From IMG/VR virus record IMGVR_UViG_3300025096_000106, positions 1 through 26,759 of that record: a DNA stretch of 26,759 bases. One strand, written 5' to 3'. The DNA comes from a virus. Its lineage: Duplodnaviria > Caudoviricetes. Of the stretch, positions 10,601-18,973 are shown piece after piece. The notes below the pieces were generated by a model. The model worked only from the letters and a program-made list of their open reading frames with translations, was not told where the DNA came from and did no database searches. Numbering within the stretch: position 1 is the stretch's first letter; each line of letters starts with the position of its first letter. The translations under genes and the position numbers were made by a program.

Positions 10601-12124
10601 CCAAACTTCAGTCCAAGTATCAATTTGAGAAAATAAATCATCTGCACTTTCATAGTATGAATTAACCGGAGATAGTAATGCAGATAAAACTTTTTCTCCA
10701 TCCATTCCTAAAAAATTTTTAACCCGAGCAGTAGTTCCTGTAGTTTTTCCTCTGATCTCTACATAATTACCATTACCTTTAATATCAGTAACTTCATTAT
10801 CTATTTCTAAAATATCGTCTCTTAAATTATAAGAAACTACATTACCTAAAACTTCATTAGTATCAGTTCTTTCAATTTCTTCACCAATAAAAAATTTGAT
10901 ATTATCCGGCAAACCATTTGGCAAAGGATCAGGTACAATAAGTGTTTCTAAAACAAAATAATTTCTTTCATACGGTAAAAAGTTTTTTGAATATTCTGAA
11001 TTAGTTTCTTTATAGGTATCATATAATAACATACCAATTTTTAAAAAGACATTAAATTTTTTATAACTTTCAGAATTGTGATAATTACTCTTAAAACCAT
11101 AAGGAAATGTATATGGTGTTCTATATGATTCAATAGATATTGCTGCTTCTTCTTTTACTTCTCTAACCCTAGAAGTATAATGTTTTCCATAAGTTTTATT
11201 TTTTCTTGTTTCCCATACTCCATACGAATACCCACTGTCGCTACTATAAAAAATAAATTCATCATCATCTAATCCATAAGTAGAAACATTAGAAAACAAT
11301 CCTAATTGTTCTTCTGCTTTTGGATATCCAAGTAGAGTAGTGCTAACTTCACTGAATGCTGCAAAACTTTCTTCTACTTTTAAGATTGGATCTATTTCAA
11401 CAGGAGTAAGTTTTATTAATTCGCCAAATAGATCTTTATTTGAAGTAACATTTAAATCTAAACTACATTCATTGTTAGTATTAATAGAAGTTACAACTCT
11501 AGTTTCATAGACTGCTTGAGAATTTTCAATTCCTGTTGGTAGTAATAATATACTTCCATTTTCTAACTCCCCCTTTTTTCCAATAAACTCAATTTTAACA
11601 ATAGTTAATTCATCCACATTATTAGAACTTTTAAGTATTTGTCCTGGAAATATATTAGTATCTGAGTAATCTGATAATATTATTACTCCAGTTTTATAGG
11701 TAGATGTATTAATATTAAAAGAAGTTATTATGCCAGTAGAATTAGTTTTCTCATTTGTAACCGTATCATCTACTAAATCATTATTAATTACATCTAAACT
11801 TGAAAAAGATATTCTGTATTTGTTTTCATCTTTAAACAACCCATCTCCAGATTCAACTGTAATGGTATTGCCATTTGCTTTAAATCTTTTTCCAGATAAC
11901 CTTACATTTTTTTGACTGTTAGTTTTTTTATCTGAAGTATATACAATAGAAGTTGCTTTATCTGCTGAAGATTCTGATGTCAAAAAAGTATCTTCAGCAG
12001 ATACCAAAGGTGTTCCACCTTCATCAGTTAAAGGTTGCGATGTTTGTAAATTGTATAGCGGCACATTTCTTTCAACCAAAGGTGCTGGTTGTTTATCATT
12101 ACCAATTTTTATTTTCTTTGACAT
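7682..12124 (-). CDS. Large putative virion structural protein (1480 aa), RYQPG-motif family
   Basis: GGAGGAG RBS upstream. Motifs SRKAFRYQPGRISGYTFGV, MYKIEFGWYGG and YIDGGDEGTV are shared with the adjacent 1207 aa protein. Confidence 0.7.
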   Translation of the reverse strand: MSKKIKIGNDKQPAPLVERNVPLYNLQTSQPLTDEGGTPLVSAEDTFLTSESSADKATSIVYTSDKKTNSQKNVRLSGKRFKANGNTITVESGDGLFKDENKYRISFSSLDVINNDLVDDTVTNEKTNSTGIITSFNINTSTYKTGVIILSDYSDTNIFPGQILKSSNNVDELTIVKIEFIGKKGELENGSILLLPTGIENSQAVYETRVVTSINTNNECSLDLNVTSNKDLFGELIKLTPVEIDPILKVEESFAAFSEVSTTLLGYPKAEEQLGLFSNVSTYGLDDDEFIFYSSDSGYSYGVWETRKNKTYGKHYTSRVREVKEEAAISIESYRTPYTFPYGFKSNYHNSESYKKFNVFLKIGMLLYDTYKETNSEYSKNFLPYERNYFVLETLIVPDPLPNGLPDNIKFFIGEEIERTDTNEVLGNVVSYNLRDDILEIDNEVTDIKGNGNYVEIRGKTTGTTARVKNFLGMDGEKVLSALLSPVNSYYESADDLFSQIDTWTEVWRRIPTESFLRPDNFPLTREVINTFSLIQRYLIQSGVVTEGETAYSNSEPGYSTHRPTRAYLESRKAFRYQPGRISGYTFGVRASNDKTDNNSIIEWGIGNNTDDLVFQIRGSNFSIVRRSVVPLTESILEANFLDPEDQVTITKNTQNNTAYTGLENKQVYETVITRDKWNGDKLNGNGPSGWNWSAEQITMYKIEFGWYGGIGIQFYAYVPVNNGKARWVKLHRLLIENQLKQPYMGDPYYKFKYSLIVDNHINTTTPQYLYKYGTSCYIDGGDEGTVTVNSATSNLKTTPQVTENGPLLSTSLVGIQPKTSISNSTGQLIKNKQQIFPKELSVNCDGLTEIAIVKCKSCPEFGHTYQPNLNAGYNGIEREFEIVDSSRDKLKLKILEKNSTGSGTTLTLDNVDNLRIGDVVDPADIASKIPANTIITNINGNVITLNNTLTGSISSESIKYQPVFLNSKDLYAKVIATRVYLTYIKEMETGSGVISIAGLEDRYTTAKLGTISGYDKTKNVADLLIDRELPRYYSVGSGRSLQVIENPSEFSGRLSQYNALAASSIPVSGSKNTLNFLFDTTTDSGSYSSGQLADFRIGITSLKPEYDGTNITWKDNQNNSVQFTDSYKLYAELFNEDINRNIDGYENGESSISTRPYTIDYRTPRPPGSNTGTCAFVNIEVEDAIFQSVTQVQGSTKFNDPSNIQQTFINAGYTYDANSYYLIAESFNAITFNPENAEVGFDSNNITQIETPPSVGSGVRFASNVIQYIEDSGNIKYIIKLSNHLPGQSQSSATSLVIWFVPIKLISYRKSIIKSFNFNPYPLYFFIEMRDGSLINGATIKEVTQVTNTYNPKWFISKELGDSQMTISNSSIQVGPVGDLKTTTGALTQIPPNFSSDKRLSSALIDVQNQSQLRPYEVIDKFYVGQDTKLISLSNIFDFEKETITPDLLNTTAYFFLATSREPGNTTDVQATLTYIEQQ

Positions 12125-12127
12125 GTA

Positions 12128-15100
12128 TCACTGCTCCTCCCAAGTAAGACTTGCTAAGATCTCTCCTTTTTTTCCATAACTTCCCGTTCCATCAGATCCA
12201 TTATAAAAAGATTTGGATGAGACGCAGACATATAATGAATCAACTAAATCTGTTAGAGGGAACGATAGATAATCTTTATTGTAATCAAAGTAAGACTGAA
12301 GATTAAACTCTGCTCCAGAATTTGGAGAGAATAATGTAGTTACAATTGTTCCTGTTCCAGGGATTGGAGATCTTTGTTCAGTATCTATATTAACTGCAGA
12401 TAGTCTTGCAAGAGAAGAGGAAGGAAATCCATCAAACCCAGGATCTTCCACGGTTGAAGTTAAATCAGGATCAGCTCCACCATTTCCAGGACCAGAATAA
12501 TTTTTCACTCTTAAGAAAGAACCTCTAATGTTAAGTTCATCTATAGTTACTTCTGCAGCACTAAAGTAATAACTACCATTAATTTTTTCAAGCAATCCTA
12601 AAGTTGTAGTAGCTACTCCAGAAGTATCTCCAACTATAGTAGTTCTAAAGTAACCATAAGTCTTTTGTCCTTCAGTTAAATATGTTCCAGTTTCAGTAAT
12701 ATCTGCGCTGGGCAAAATAATTTTCTTTCCTCTTCTTCCAATATTAATAGCAGAATTAATACCAACAGATGCAGCAGCTGCAGGAACATCAAACGTTTGA
12801 AACAATGGGGACTTAAGCAATTGCACAACTAAAGATTCTGAACTAGATGTTAATCCCGTTGCAAGTCTAGTTGGATAAATTTGAACTCTATTCCTAACAC
12901 CATTAATTTCAGTTCTACACTTAATTCCTAATATAGATTGAGGTCTATCTACAATTAAAGAAATATTACCGTTCGTAGCAGATAATGTTTTACTTAAATA
13001 CAGTTTATTACCAGATACATATACCACTCTAACATCTTGATCGTTTGGATTACCAGTAGATACTTTAGCATTGATATAATAATCACTCAATACAGGAGCT
13101 CCATTGGTATCAGCGATAGTGAGAGCAGGAGCATTTATATATGAAGTTCCAGGAGTTGTTACTTGATTTACTCCACTCTCAGCAAATAAATTAGAATTAT
13201 TACTAGACTCAATCAAATACTTAGATCCACCAATTTCTTTTAAAGTTTCTGATGAATAACTAAACAATCTAACAGTTCCTCTGTCTCCACCATCAATATA
13301 ATATGAAGCGCCATATTTAACTAACTGTTCAGAAATAGATCCATAACCAGAATCGGTATTGGAAATTTTATCAACATTTTTATATCCATATCTATTTTCA
13401 CTACCTCCACCATATACCATGTAAGTAATAGGTAGAGTAGCATTACCAAGAGAAGCAACCTTTAATTGGTTTGATGCTCTAAGATGATGGACTCTAACCC
13501 AACGTGCTTCACCATTGCTTACAGGCACGTATGCAAGGAATGTAGCACCAACAGCACCATACCATGAGAATTCAATTTTATACATGGTAACTTTTGTTGA
13601 ATCAAGTTCCCATACACTATTAAATTCTATCTGTTCATTAGTTGTTGGTTCTTCTACAGGGTCTCCTGCTTTTTTATCAAGAACATTATCACTGTAAACA
13701 ATATCAGTAACTCTACCATTCAATTTTTCTCCACTCATTCTAGAGCGTGGAATTCTATACTCATATACCTTATAATATTTTGGATCAACATTAAACCAAA
13801 CCCAGTTTTTATAAAGTCTTTTATTTACATAGTTAAATTGTTTTTTAAGAGTTGTAAATCCACTACTTCCATCAAGGGTGCTATCAATATAACCTTTAGA
13901 GTTTGCCGTATCTCCAGATGCTCCAGGTGGATATAAGTATGGGAATGCTCCATCCACAAATCCATTAGCATTTGAATTTAAAGATCCATCTGTGTAATTA
14001 ACTCCAGAGTATTTTCTTATATCATCAGGTAATAAAAATGCAACTGGTGTTTGTAAAGAAAATCCATCCGAACTAATATCACCAGGATCATTTGTAATTA
14101 CAAACTCGTCTGCTACATACGCAGTATCAGTTTCTGCTGACCAGGGATTTGAATCATTACCACCACCAACATTAGTATAAATTTCTTCATTACTAGGAAC
14201 TTTAGATAAACGAATCTCTTGATAAATTCCATTAGCATCAACAGTAACATCTTTTATGGAAAGAACATACCATATACTACCATCAGGTAAACTACCAGTT
14301 ATTGCAGTAATATTACTAGCGGTGTTACTATTTTTGTTGAAGTAAAAACTTTGTCCTACTTGCAGAGCATCTTTATTTGAAGGTATTTTAATTTTCAACC
14401 ATTTATTTGCCCCATCATCTGTAACCGCTTTAACATCATAATAACATTTTTCTTTCAGTAAAGAAATATCATGCGCTGCTGCATGTGTCATCACTAAACC
14501 ATCACGATATACACACATCTCTCCTGCCACAGAACCAGACGGAGATGGAACAGAAGAATAATTACCACTACCAGTTAAAGCAGTAATCAAAATATCAAGT
14601 AAAGATTGCACCGCTGCTGTTGATCCACCTTCTTCCGTTGGAATATTAGATCCAGGAGAAGTAGCAGAGTATCCATTCAAAACCGATAAAGATGTTCCAG
14701 CAAATAAAGTAGTAATTGCTGTTTTAATAGCAGTATACCTAGTAACCTCAGTTGCAGGATTGTCTAGATACAATACAATATTGTCTCTATCTGTTGCGTT
14801 AAAAAATCTAAGTGTATTGTAGACAGTAGTAGCATTACCACCATATTTTAAATCATGAATAATACCTTCAATAATTAAACCAGCATCTCTACGACACTTA
14901 TCATATTCATCCGGATTATTTTCTGCATCTCCAGCAACAGGAACTGCTACTTCTTGTAGGTATCTTTTGTTTGCTTTTAATACTTCTGCTGCATTTGGAT
15001 ATGTAGAAGCATTCGTTTCTGTCAGTGGTATACCAACCCATGCATAATCTTGATCTTGTTTATCTGAAGTAGATCCAAAAGGAAGAGGGTTATCTCTAAT

Positions 15101-15751
15101 AATAGATTGCGTTCTTCTTACAACAGCAAAGTTATCGCCATATGCATCATTTCTACTTTCATAATAATAACCATCAAACTTATCAAAAATGCCATACTTT
15201 TTGATAGCAGGATTTCTTATTGCCGGTCCGCCCGATACAACATTATCTGTAATTGTATATGGTGCTCTATTGAATTTGACACCAAATGTTGCAGCAGAGA
15301 CACGTCCTGGTTGATATCTAAAGAATCTTTTTGATGTAAGAATAGTATACTCATCTGTTGGTGCTTCAATCATTGCTCCTGCTTCTTCAGGAATATGAGT
15401 TAACCCCCAATCTTGATTTCCAAGACCAGTATACTTTGCTTGATTAGTTGTAGTTTCTGGAGAATACATCTCCAAAGATGTAATCTGTTCAGGAAACGAT
15501 GTCCATTCTGTTGGGTTTACATCATAAGTGTTTACATCAGCAAAAATACCAAGAGCAACTTCTGATCTAGGAATACCTAATAATGATAACGCAACTTCAG
15601 ATTGTTGTTTGTTTTGCTCTTCCACAGGAATTGCAGACTGATCACTGGCAATAACAACAGGAATCGATTTTGATGACACTTGTTGTCCTGCAGGAACTGG
15701 TGCGGTTCTTCCTACAATAACAGTTGACGAATTATTATTTACAGCTGCCAT
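12128..15751 (-). CDS. Large putative virion structural protein (1207 aa), RYQPG-motif family, with an inserted phycobiliprotein-like domain
   Basis: AGGAG RBS and TATAAATA upstream. Motifs SKRFFRYQPGRVSAATFGV, MYKIEFSWYGA and YIDGGDRGTV; helical insert at aa 251-394. Confidence 0.72.
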   Translation of the reverse strand: MAAVNNNSSTVIVGRTAPVPAGQQVSSKSIPVVIASDQSAIPVEEQNKQQSEVALSLLGIPRSEVALGIFADVNTYDVNPTEWTSFPEQITSLEMYSPETTTNQAKYTGLGNQDWGLTHIPEEAGAMIEAPTDEYTILTSKRFFRYQPGRVSAATFGVKFNRAPYTITDNVVSGGPAIRNPAIKKYGIFDKFDGYYYESRNDAYGDNFAVVRRTQSIIRDNPLPFGSTSDKQDQDYAWVGIPLTETNASTYPNAAEVLKANKRYLQEVAVPVAGDAENNPDEYDKCRRDAGLIIEGIIHDLKYGGNATTVYNTLRFFNATDRDNIVLYLDNPATEVTRYTAIKTAITTLFAGTSLSVLNGYSATSPGSNIPTEEGGSTAAVQSLLDILITALTGSGNYSSVPSPSGSVAGEMCVYRDGLVMTHAAAHDISLLKEKCYYDVKAVTDDGANKWLKIKIPSNKDALQVGQSFYFNKNSNTASNITAITGSLPDGSIWYVLSIKDVTVDANGIYQEIRLSKVPSNEEIYTNVGGGNDSNPWSAETDTAYVADEFVITNDPGDISSDGFSLQTPVAFLLPDDIRKYSGVNYTDGSLNSNANGFVDGAFPYLYPPGASGDTANSKGYIDSTLDGSSGFTTLKKQFNYVNKRLYKNWVWFNVDPKYYKVYEYRIPRSRMSGEKLNGRVTDIVYSDNVLDKKAGDPVEEPTTNEQIEFNSVWELDSTKVTMYKIEFSWYGAVGATFLAYVPVSNGEARWVRVHHLRASNQLKVASLGNATLPITYMVYGGGSENRYGYKNVDKISNTDSGYGSISEQLVKYGASYYIDGGDRGTVRLFSYSSETLKEIGGSKYLIESSNNSNLFAESGVNQVTTPGTSYINAPALTIADTNGAPVLSDYYINAKVSTGNPNDQDVRVVYVSGNKLYLSKTLSATNGNISLIVDRPQSILGIKCRTEINGVRNRVQIYPTRLATGLTSSSESLVVQLLKSPLFQTFDVPAAAASVGINSAINIGRRGKKIILPSADITETGTYLTEGQKTYGYFRTTIVGDTSGVATTTLGLLEKINGSYYFSAAEVTIDELNIRGSFLRVKNYSGPGNGGADPDLTSTVEDPGFDGFPSSSLARLSAVNIDTEQRSPIPGTGTIVTTLFSPNSGAEFNLQSYFDYNKDYLSFPLTDLVDSLYVCVSSKSFYNGSDGTGSYGKKGEILASLTWEEQ
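14570..15001 (-). other. Phycobiliprotein-like (globin-fold) domain within the 1207 aa protein; candidate bilin-binding Cys286 (codon 14896-14894)
   Basis: Three ordered blocks resemble the phycocyanin alpha helices as I recall them: AAEVLKANKRYLQEVA, KCRRDAGLIIEGIIHDLKYGGN and AAVQSLLDILITALT. Confidence 0.6.
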
Positions 15752-15794
15752 TTTTGCTCCTAATATTTACAGGAAATACTCTAGTTTCTTTGTG

Positions 15795-15802
15795 TATTTA
15801 TA
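15795..15802 (-). promoter_or_regulatory. T4-type late promoter TATAAATA
   Basis: Exact consensus 44 bp upstream of the 1207 aa gene start. Confidence 0.75.
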
Positions 15803-15808
15803 ATTTAA

Positions 15809-18700
15809 TCAATATGCTCTAGAGATAACTCCCTTTGCAATTACATATTTATTTCTAAGTTCATAATAACCTCCACCAATTTGTGTTCCGCCTCCAACAC
15901 CAGTAAATCCAGTAGCAGAAATTATATCTCCATTAGTTTGTTCAAATTTTGGTTGAAGTTTTAATTTATTCTGACCACCTTCATTAAATTTACTAAAAAC
16001 ATACCAAAGATTTACGTCACCCTGTGGTGAAAAGTTATGCGCTACTAATTTAATATAATCTCCCTGAGTTATTTGACCGAAAGCAACGTCATCCAGAACA
16101 TCTACTTGATAATATGCATTGCTATCTACTGTTTCACCACCTCCAAACACAGGATCTACATCGCTACCAATAGGAACATTACCATAAGTAGGAACATAGT
16201 AATCAATTCCTAAAATTCTATAAACATAATATTGATTATTAGTTATAGAAGAATTTGGAGGAAATATATTGTTACTATTATCTTGAGACAAATTAAATTG
16301 AATTTGTCCTATAGTAGCATCTACATTTGGATCAATATATCTTTGGAATGCAACGTTATTTACTTTTTGTGTAAGATCTACAGTTTCAATATTATTAGAT
16401 ACCGTAGCAATATGAACATCAAAATTAATAATAGTATTAGTCAAGTCTTTAACAGAACCATCTGCTTGATACTGATAAACAGGCGTCTCTTGATTGACAT
16501 CATATTCTATTGATAAATTAACACCATCATAATCAGTATCATATAAATCAGGAACAGGAATATATTCTCCTGCTGGACCTAAGATTAGATTATCAAGAAC
16601 TAAAGCATTGACTGATCCATATATTTGAATGCCTGAACCACAATTTTTTACAACAGAACCATTCATAGAAAGAACATTGCTTGTAGTTAAATCTAACGCT
16701 CCTGGAAAATTACTAAAGAATGTAGATGTAATATTAACATTTTCAGAATCACTTGCTAATATACAAAGAGTAGAATATCTTTCCGTCTCTAAACCATTGA
16801 ATATATTTGTTCCAGAAATTGTAAGGTCTTTTGATCCCTCAGCAAACAATGCTGGTCCAGAAGTATTTTTAATTTTAATATCTTTTAATTTTAAAAATTC
16901 GCTATTAGGAAATCCCAATGCTGAATTATTACTTTCAATACCTAAAGAAGAACGGTCATACAATAATTGAAATTGTGCATTTCCATCAATAACTATATCT
17001 CTCAAGACAAAGTTTTTAGTAGTCCAATTAGTTTGAACTGCAGTAGAATCATATCCTACAGGAACAAACATAGAATTTCTCAATCCACTCATAGGAGTGT
17101 CATTAATTTTTGTTGTATTCCAATATTGTTTTTTTAATATAGTAGCATCATCCAATCCACGTAAAGCAAATCCATCAGGAATTTTTAATTGATCAATTAA
17201 ATATGTGCCTCCAGGAATAATTAAAAAATCTGTACCATCTGTAGATAATTCATTGATTGCTGTCTGTAATGCAACAGTATCATCATGATAAACATAAACA
17301 GAATAAGTAGAATCAATTTCTAATCCTTGTATATCAATAACAAAACTATTATTATCTCCATCAATTGATTTAATAGCACCGGTTGCCCATCCTCTTTTTT
17401 TATTTACGGGAGGATTGATGTTAAAATGTACTATGTCATTAGTTTTATATGTTCCATCTGCATTTTTACTTGTCCAAGATGGAACATCATATTCTCCATA
17501 GTCAATGTAATCTGTTGTTAGCGTAGCAATTGCCCCGGTAGAGGGATTAGAAAATTCTTTCTGTCCCAATACAGCAAACAATTTGAATGCCGATTGATTA
17601 CCTCCAATACCAGATATAGAATTTTCAGCATTAATTAAAGAATCAAATATTCCTCTATAGATTAATATTCCTTCTGTAGTACTATTTCTAGTAATATTAA
17701 GTGTATTATAATTTGCTTCACTTAAATTTGCTGGCGATAAATTTTGAACAATTTTAGTGTTAGGTATTACAACATATTCACTCACATCTCCAGTAAGAAG
17801 ATTGTAAGATGCAAACACATAAACATAATATTTTTTATCAATGTTTACATCATTAAATTCATTTGCTACAAATGAAGGAGTAATTGTTATTTGATTAATA
17901 TTAGGAGAATCTGGAAGGTTTGCTGCAAGTGTAGTGCTTGCCCCAAATATTTTTACTTGTTGTAATGTATTAAAATATTGAATATCATCCACAGTATCTA
18001 AAACAACTTGCAAATAACTATTTGAATCAATAACAACTGTTCCAGAATTTAAACCAACACCATTAGTTTTTACAAGATAAGAATTTCCATCTCCTGAAGC
18101 ACCATACTGAGAAGCAACGTCATAAACAGTTTCAGTTGGCAACATAAAATTGTAATAGGTGCTTCCATTATTAGAAAACTGCCATCTAACTTCATCAGGA
18201 TTCCACTTGATACATCCTGCAGTAGCACTATCGGTTTCTTTAATACTGTTTACTACCAATTTACCAGTAGATGTAATATCATTAAAAGTAACATTAGATG
18301 TAGTACTAATGTCTTGTACTAAACCAAAGGTTAATGTCTCAGAATTACTATCTCTTGTTATATTAACAGAAGTTCCACCTGCAAAGAAAATATCATCAGT
18401 GATACCTGCGCCTGCATTTCCACCTGCAGTCAGTTGCAATCCTTTCGTATTATTACTAGCACCATCAATTGTAGAAATATTATAAGTTGTGTTTAAGTCT
18501 GCCGGACTAGTCCAATTTATTCCAGTTGCAGTAGAACTGAGAACTTGACCCGAATCACCTGCTTCGCCATCAGCATCATGTAAAGGTCCTAATACGCTTA
18601 GAGTTTTTCCCGAGTTTATCTTTAACCCTTCTAGAACTTCAACTTGTATGTTCTCTGTATTGTCGCGATTAGTTAATTGGTTTGTCTTTACTAGGGACAT
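15809..18700 (-). CDS. Tailspike/fibre-like protein with a pectate-lyase-like right-handed beta-helix (963 aa)
   Basis: YGASGDG ... DDTVALQTAIN ... IIPGGTYLIDQLKIPDGFALRG ... RDIVIDGN, followed by parallel beta-helix rungs. N-terminal GQVLSSTATGINW fibre motif. Confidence 0.75.
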   Translation of the reverse strand: MSLVKTNQLTNRDNTENIQVEVLEGLKINSGKTLSVLGPLHDADGEAGDSGQVLSSTATGINWTSPADLNTTYNISTIDGASNNTKGLQLTAGGNAGAGITDDIFFAGGTSVNITRDSNSETLTFGLVQDISTTSNVTFNDITSTGKLVVNSIKETDSATAGCIKWNPDEVRWQFSNNGSTYYNFMLPTETVYDVASQYGASGDGNSYLVKTNGVGLNSGTVVIDSNSYLQVVLDTVDDIQYFNTLQQVKIFGASTTLAANLPDSPNINQITITPSFVANEFNDVNIDKKYYVYVFASYNLLTGDVSEYVVIPNTKIVQNLSPANLSEANYNTLNITRNSTTEGILIYRGIFDSLINAENSISGIGGNQSAFKLFAVLGQKEFSNPSTGAIATLTTDYIDYGEYDVPSWTSKNADGTYKTNDIVHFNINPPVNKKRGWATGAIKSIDGDNNSFVIDIQGLEIDSTYSVYVYHDDTVALQTAINELSTDGTDFLIIPGGTYLIDQLKIPDGFALRGLDDATILKKQYWNTTKINDTPMSGLRNSMFVPVGYDSTAVQTNWTTKNFVLRDIVIDGNAQFQLLYDRSSLGIESNNSALGFPNSEFLKLKDIKIKNTSGPALFAEGSKDLTISGTNIFNGLETERYSTLCILASDSENVNITSTFFSNFPGALDLTTSNVLSMNGSVVKNCGSGIQIYGSVNALVLDNLILGPAGEYIPVPDLYDTDYDGVNLSIEYDVNQETPVYQYQADGSVKDLTNTIINFDVHIATVSNNIETVDLTQKVNNVAFQRYIDPNVDATIGQIQFNLSQDNSNNIFPPNSSITNNQYYVYRILGIDYYVPTYGNVPIGSDVDPVFGGGETVDSNAYYQVDVLDDVAFGQITQGDYIKLVAHNFSPQGDVNLWYVFSKFNEGGQNKLKLQPKFEQTNGDIISATGFTGVGGGTQIGGGYYELRNKYVIAKGVISRAY

Positions 18701-18734
18701 AGCTTCCCGTCAAACGTATATTTTTATTCTTTTG

Positions 18735-18742
18735 TATTTATA
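18735..18742 (-). promoter_or_regulatory. T4-type late promoter TATAAATA
   Basis: Exact consensus 35 bp upstream of the 963 aa gene start. Confidence 0.75.
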
Positions 18743-18745
18743 AAA

Positions 18746-18819
18746 AGCGGGAGATCGGACTTGAACCGACGACATTCAGTTTGGAAAACTGACGCTCTAC
18801 CACTGAGCTAGCAACCCGA
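18746..18819 (-). pseudogene. tRNA-Gly(TCC) with a damaged acceptor stem (probable pseudo-tRNA)
   Basis: D arm GCTC/GAGC, anticodon arm TCAGT-TTTCCAA-ACTGA and T arm GTCGG-TTCAAGT-CCGAT are intact. The 5' strand TCGGGTTGC cannot form 7 bp with 3' CTCCCGC. Confidence 0.7.
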
Positions 18820-18820
18820 A

Positions 18821-18894
18821 CGGGATAGATGGGATTTGAACCCACGACCTTCGCAGTGACAGTGCGATGTTCTAACCAACTGAACTACTACCCC
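18821..18894 (-). tRNA. tRNA-Asp(GTC), copy 1
   Basis: GGGGTAG/CTATCCC acceptor, TCGCA-CTGTCAC-TGCGA anticodon arm, GTGGG-TTCAAAT-CCCAT T arm, G73; CCA not encoded. Confidence 0.95.
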
Positions 18895-18896
18895 AA

Positions 18897-18970
18897 CTCC
18901 CCCGACTGGAATCGAACCAGCGACCTACGGTTTATCTTTCCGTTGCATCTTCCATCTGAGCTACGAGGGA
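18897..18970 (-). pseudogene. tRNA-Asn-like body with a scrambled anticodon loop (central GAT)
   Basis: TCCCTCG/CGGGGGA acceptor with G73 and an intact T arm. The D stem has an extra base, and the anticodon arm is ACGG-AAAGATAAA-CCGT with no U33. Confidence 0.65.
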
Positions 18971-18973
18971 TTG

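Noticed and set aside
3347-18485. Short + strand ORFs inside the large - strand genes (3347, 6118, 8661, 9309, 11730, 11953, 13515, 15107, 16232, 16629, 18159)
   Set aside because: Antisense shadows of long coding frames, with no RBS or recognisable motifs.
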